From NCBI GenBank assembly GCA_964523885.1, contig CAZFYX010000038.1, positions 64,255 to 128,254 on the forward strand: DNA of 64,000 nt, read 5' to 3'. This document shows, in pieces, positions 58,489-64,000 of the stretch. Each line of letters starts with the position of its first letter. Within the stretch, counting starts at the first letter, position 1. Source of the DNA: an uncultured Burkholderiales bacterium. GTDB taxonomy: Bacteria; Pseudomonadota; Gammaproteobacteria; Burkholderiales; SHXO01. A program made the position numbers and the translations under genes. The notes under the pieces were generated by a model that did not search any database, was not told the origin of the DNA, and saw nothing but the letters and a program-made list of their open reading frames with translations.

Positions 58489-58793
58489 ATGATTCCAGGT
58501 GAGATCAAGACCGCCCCCGGCGAGATCGAGCTCAATGCCGGGCGCAAGACGGTGACCGTGACGGTCGCCAACACCGGTGACCGCCCGATCCAGGTCGGGT
58601 CGCACTACCACTTCTACGAGACCAACGACGCGCTGCGCTTCGATCGCCAGCGCGCCTACGGGTATCGACTCAACATCCCGGCGGGCACCGCGGTGCGCTT
58701 CGAGCCCGGGCAGGAGCGCGCGGTCGAGCTGGTCGAGCTCGCCGGCGAGCGCGCGGTGTACGGCTTTCTCGGCAAGGTAATGGGGAAACTCTG

Positions 58794-58794
<1 letters not shown>
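58489..58794 (+). CDS. ureB: urease beta subunit
   Basis: [19 protein letters not shown]...[15 protein letters not shown] is canonical UreB, 101 aa. Confidence 0.95.
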
Positions 58795-60500
<1,706 letters not shown>

Positions 60501-60508
60501 CGGCGCTT

Positions 60509-60667
60509 GCCCCTCACCCCAGCCCTCTCCCGCAAGGGGAGAGGGTGAACGGCGTGGCGTCGCATGCCGTTCTCCCTCTCGCATTGCACGCCGTGCAGGA
60601 TAGGGAGCGCACCACGCGGGCCCGCTCTTCCCTTTCTCCCATTGCGGGAGAGGGCCGGGGTGAGGGG
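60509..60667. repeat. cluster of REP-like elements in opposite orientation between ureC and ureF
   Basis: 60509-60545 GCCCCTCACCCCAGCCCTCTCCCGCAAGGGGAGAGGG (inverted orientation). 60625-60667 CTCTTCCCTTTCTCCCATTGCGGGAGAGGGCCGGGGTGAGGGG. A related CTCCCT...AGGGAG hairpin lies between them. Confidence 0.7.
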
Positions 60668-60680
60668 TGAACCCCCCGCG

Positions 60681-61370
60681 ATGACGACCGACCCGACCCT
60701 CGCCCTCATCCGTCTGCTGCGCCTGGCCAGCCCCGCGCTGCCCGTGGGCGCATACAGCTACTCGCAGGGCCTGGAGACGGCCGTTGCGCGCGGCTGGGTG
60801 GCCGACGAGGCGAGCATCGGCAGCTGGATCGAGGATGCGCTGGCGTTCAATCTCGCGCAGTTCGAAGCGCCGATCCTGTGCCGCCTGCATGCGGCCTGGA
60901 CCGGTGGTGACCTCGCCGTGGTGGCGACCTGGAACGAACGCTTCCTGGCCGGACGCGAGACCGCCGAGTTCCGTGCCGAGACCTGCCAGATGGGTTATGC
61001 GCTGCGCGGACTGTTCGAGTCCACGGCCGAGTTTCCGGCTGCACGGCTGGCCCGGCTGCGCGAAGTCGAGTCGCCCACGTTCCCCTGCGCGTTCGCCTTC
61101 GCAGCGGTGCAATGGGGCATCGCCGTGCGCGACGCCCTCTCGGGCTATCTGTTCGCCTGGGCCGAGAACCAGGTCAACGCGGCCATGAAGACGATGCGGA
61201 TCGGGCACGTCGCCGCGCAGCGCATCCTGGCGCGGATCTCGGTGCGCCTGCCGGAGCTGGTGGCGCGCGCGACGGCACTCGACGACGTCGCCTTCAGCAA
61301 CTTCACGCCAGCCATGGCGCTGGCCAGTTGCCTGCACGAGATGCAGGACAGCCGCATGTTCCGATCCTAG
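60681..61370 (+). CDS. ureF: urease accessory protein UreF
   Basis: Motif LRLASPALPVGAYSYSQGLE. 229 aa from the ATG at 60681; the upstream part of the track ORF translates the repeats. Confidence 0.85.
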   Translation: MTTDPTLALIRLLRLASPALPVGAYSYSQGLETAVARGWVADEASIGSWIEDALAFNLAQFEAPILCRLHAAWTGGDLAVVATWNERFLAGRETAEFRAETCQMGYALRGLFESTAEFPAARLARLREVESPTFPCAFAFAAVQWGIAVRDALSGYLFAWAENQVNAAMKTMRIGHVAAQRILARISVRLPELVARATALDDVAFSNFTPAMALASCLHEMQDSRMFRS

Positions 61371-61517
61371 GGCGCCGCCCGCCGGGCCGGCCGGCGCACC
61401 GGGGCCCGGATAGCTGGTCATGGGCCGCCCGCCCGGCGTACCATGCCGGTCTCGTGGCCATGCACCCCGCAGGGGCCGGCAACCCAACTACACCAAATGC
61501 AAGCGGAGGAGAGACCG

Positions 61518-62897
61518 ATGTCGTCGGCCGTAACGCCGGAATTCGAGGAGGCCACCTACAAGAAGGTGGCTTCGCGCCTGATCCCGTTCCTGTTCCTGTG
61601 CTACATCGTGGCGTTCCTCGACCGCGTGAACGTGGGCTTCGCCAAGCTGCAGATGGCGAGCGACCTCAAGTTCAGCGACGCGATCTACGGCGCGGGCGCG
61701 GGCATCTTCTTCATCGGCTACTTCATCTTCGAGGTGCCCAGCAACGTGATCCTGGAGAAGGTCGGCGCCCGGGTGTGGATCGCGCGCATCATGATCACCT
61801 GGGGCCTGATCTCCACGGCGTTCATGTTCACCGGCGACATCCACTGGGGCCCGGTCGCGGCCGCCTTCAACGCCAGCGACGCTCAGTTCACCTTCTACCT
61901 GCTGCGGTTCCTGCTCGGCGTGGCGGAAGCCGGCTTCTTCCCCGGCATCATCCTGTACCTGACCTACTGGTTCCCCGGCGCCCGGCGCGCCAAGATGGTC
62001 GCGCTGTTCATGACCGCGATCGGGGTGTCGCAGCTGATCGGCTCGCCGGTGTCCGGGGCGATCATGCAGTTCATGGACGGTGCGGGCGGCTGGCGCGGCT
62101 GGCAGTGGCTGTTCCTGCTCGAGGGCATCCCGTCGGTCATCATCGGCTTCCTCGTGCTCGCCATCCTGCCCGACGGTCCGCGCAAGACGCCGTGGCTGAC
62201 GCCGCAGGAGCGTGACCTGCTGATCGAGCGCATCGAGCACGACAACGCGGCCAAGGGCGAGCTGGGCGGCCGCCATCACCTGGGCGACGCGTTCAAGGAC
62301 GGCCGCGTGTGGGCCCTCGCAGCGGTGTACTTCGCGCAGGCCACCTGCTTCTACGCGGTGGGCTTCTGGATGCCGACCATCATCCAGGAGCTGGGCATCG
62401 ACAAGAAGGACCTGCTCAAGGTCGGCCTGCTGAGCATGATCCCGTGGGGCGCGAGCATCGCCGCCATGATCTGGTGGGGCACCCACTCGGACCGTACCGG
62501 CGAGCGGCGCTGGCACTGCGCGAGCGGGCTGCTGCTGGTCATGTGCGGCCTGCTGCTGCTCGCGATCGCGCACAGCTCGCCGATCATGTCGATGGTCGCG
62601 CTCACGCTGATCACCATCGGCTGGGGCGGGCAGGTGGTGACGTTCTGGTCGCTGCCCACCGCCTTCCTGTCCGGCACCGCCGCAGCGGCCGGCATTGCGC
62701 TGGTCAATTCGGTGGGCAACCTCGGCGGGTACTTCGGGCCCGACCTGATCGGGTCCATCCGCACGGCGTTCAACGGCGCGACCGAGCCGGCGTTCTACAC
62801 GCTGGCCGCGATCGCCCTGGTCGGCGCGTTGATCGTGATCTTCCTGCGTGGCACGCACACCGCGGGCACGGCATCGCCGGTCGCCGGGCGCAAGTAG
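61518..62897 (+). CDS. MFS transporter (anion:cation symporter/ACS-like subfamily)
   Basis: Motifs FLDRVNVGFAKLQM and GYFIFEVPSN. 12 predicted TMs. SD GGAGGAGAG. Confidence 0.8.
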   Translation: MSSAVTPEFEEATYKKVASRLIPFLFLCYIVAFLDRVNVGFAKLQMASDLKFSDAIYGAGAGIFFIGYFIFEVPSNVILEKVGARVWIARIMITWGLISTAFMFTGDIHWGPVAAAFNASDAQFTFYLLRFLLGVAEAGFFPGIILYLTYWFPGARRAKMVALFMTAIGVSQLIGSPVSGAIMQFMDGAGGWRGWQWLFLLEGIPSVIIGFLVLAILPDGPRKTPWLTPQERDLLIERIEHDNAAKGELGGRHHLGDAFKDGRVWALAAVYFAQATCFYAVGFWMPTIIQELGIDKKDLLKVGLLSMIPWGASIAAMIWWGTHSDRTGERRWHCASGLLLVMCGLLLLAIAHSSPIMSMVALTLITIGWGGQVVTFWSLPTAFLSGTAAAAGIALVNSVGNLGGYFGPDLIGSIRTAFNGATEPAFYTLAAIALVGALIVIFLRGTHTAGTASPVAGRK

Positions 62898-62904
62898 CGG
62901 GCAG

Positions 62905-62937
62905 GGGCGCCGCCGGCAGGTCTGACCTGCGGCGCCC
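62905..62937. terminator. GC-rich stem-loop between convergent genes
   Basis: GGGCGCCGC(CGG)CAGGTC-T-GACCTGCGGCGCCC. No T-tract on either side. Confidence 0.35.
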
Positions 62938-62944
62938 GCTTCGG

Positions 62945-63991
62945 CTAGAACTCCAGCCCGATCGTCAGTGAGGTGCGGGTCTGCTCCTTGGAGGCGTCCT
63001 TGCCGACCACCGCATCGTAGTAGTACTGGTAGAGCAGCCCGAGCGACCAGGCCCCGCCCAACTTCTGGTTCAGCCCCGCGCTGAGACGTACCTTGTAGTC
63101 GCTGCTGTCGTTGGTGGCCATCAGGAAGTCGTAGGCCTCGACGAACTTGAGCGTGTCGGTGATGTCGATGCCGCCTTCCTGGTAGAAGCCCACCACGGCA
63201 TGCGTGGTGTCGTCGCCGCCGACGTCGCGCCACTGCGCACCCGCGGCAGGAGTGAGGGTGAACTTCCACCAGTCGCCCTGCAGGCGCAGGCCCACGCCGA
63301 AGGTCTGCGTGACTTCATGGTCCAGCTGCTTGATCACGTCCCGGTAGTAGCTGCTCGTGGACTGGAAGAAGTAGTGGTCCGAGAGCGGGTGGCGGTACTG
63401 GTAGGCGCCCTGCAACAGCTGGTCGGTCTTGTTGCGCTGGCCGTCGCTGAGCACGTCCTCCGCGTAGTAGTAGCTGGCCTCGATCCGGTGCTCGTTGCCC
63501 TTGTCGGTCTTGCGCAGCGACTGGAAGCGGATCGTCAGGTCGTTGTCGTTGTCCTCGCCGCGGCGCGCCACGTAGCCGAGGCTCAACTTGGTATTCCAGC
63601 CCTTCAGCGGATTGATGCGGGCCAGGAAGCGGCCCACGGCATCGGCGCTCAACGCTTCCTGGCGCTGCTCCGCCGCTTTTTCCGCCGCCTGCTCCGACTT
63701 GGTCTTGCCGGCGTCTTCGGCGGCGGTCGCGGCCGCCGGGGCGGCGGGCGGCGCGGCCAGTTGCAGGCTGGCGATGCGCTCGCGCGGTACCTTGATGCGG
63801 CCGAAGGCGGACGACTCGAACACGACGAAGTCGGGCTGCTCCTCGACGATCGTTCCGATCAGGGTCTCGCCGTTGTGGGTGCGCAGTTCGTCGGCGTGGC
63901 AGATGCAGATGCCGTAGCAGGCAGCCAGCGCCAGGGCACTGCAGGCAATCCGGCCGGAGCGCCGGCGCGAGTCGGGAGCAGGGTGCGACAC
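62945..63991 (-). CDS. DUF481-family (YdiY-like) outer-membrane protein
   Basis: N-terminal NGETLIGTIVEEQPDFVVFESSAFGRIKVPRERI motif followed by a barrel ending ...SLTIGLEF. Confidence 0.65.
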   Translation of the reverse strand: MSHPAPDSRRRSGRIACSALALAACYGICICHADELRTHNGETLIGTIVEEQPDFVVFESSAFGRIKVPRERIASLQLAAPPAAPAAATAAEDAGKTKSEQAAEKAAEQRQEALSADAVGRFLARINPLKGWNTKLSLGYVARRGEDNDNDLTIRFQSLRKTDKGNEHRIEASYYYAEDVLSDGQRNKTDQLLQGAYQYRHPLSDHYFFQSTSSYYRDVIKQLDHEVTQTFGVGLRLQGDWWKFTLTPAAGAQWRDVGGDDTTHAVVGFYQEGGIDITDTLKFVEAYDFLMATNDSSDYKVRLSAGLNQKLGGAWSLGLLYQYYYDAVVGKDASKEQTRTSLTIGLEF

Positions 63992-64000
63992 GGTCCCAAT

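Overview
This is a GC-rich (by eye about two-thirds G+C or more), densely coding proteobacterial chromosomal segment. I support about 58 CDSs and found no rRNA, tRNA, CRISPR array, transposase or integrase. Because of the GC content, almost every real gene is shadowed by long spurious ORFs in other frames, so I called genes from protein motifs, signal peptides, RBSs and start/stop coupling. No homology search was possible.

Blocks:
- 0.7-12.1 kb: a zinc-starvation island. It holds zur, znuCBA fused to a COG0523 GTPase, a second COG0523 GTPase paired divergently with a WD40 propeller, a Tat-exported cyclase-family protein, and a MacB/FtsX-type ABC system with a DUF3299 protein. A 17-bp palindrome, ATGCAAC-N3-GTTGCAT, sits at four of its promoters.
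- 12.3-23.5 kb: class II aldolase, lipoproteins, glycogen phosphorylase and phosphoketolase.
- 23.5-26.2 kb: a patatin-like lipoprotein plus an unknown protein.
- 26.4-32 kb: a row of transporters (YidE/YbjL, SulP, MarC, TAXI).
- 32-35.9 kb: a YiaW/YiaV-like DUF3302-HlyD pair with an outer-membrane factor that carries an extra C-terminal domain.
- 35.9-42.9 kb: an operon of aspT, aspD, ansB, glsA and a porin.
- 45.9-54.9 kb: an AraC-controlled cluster of FdrA, DUF1116, DUF2877 and carbamate kinase with a cysteine hydrolase, a GGCT-like protein and a nucleobase-type permease.
- 57.1-61.4 kb: urease genes ureDABCF, interrupted by REP-like repeats and lacking ureE/ureG nearby.

The most promising leads are the Zur-island components of unknown function, including an odd structured leader upstream of znuC, the transporter-less YiaWV-OMF module, and the carbamoyl-transfer/ATP-yielding cluster.
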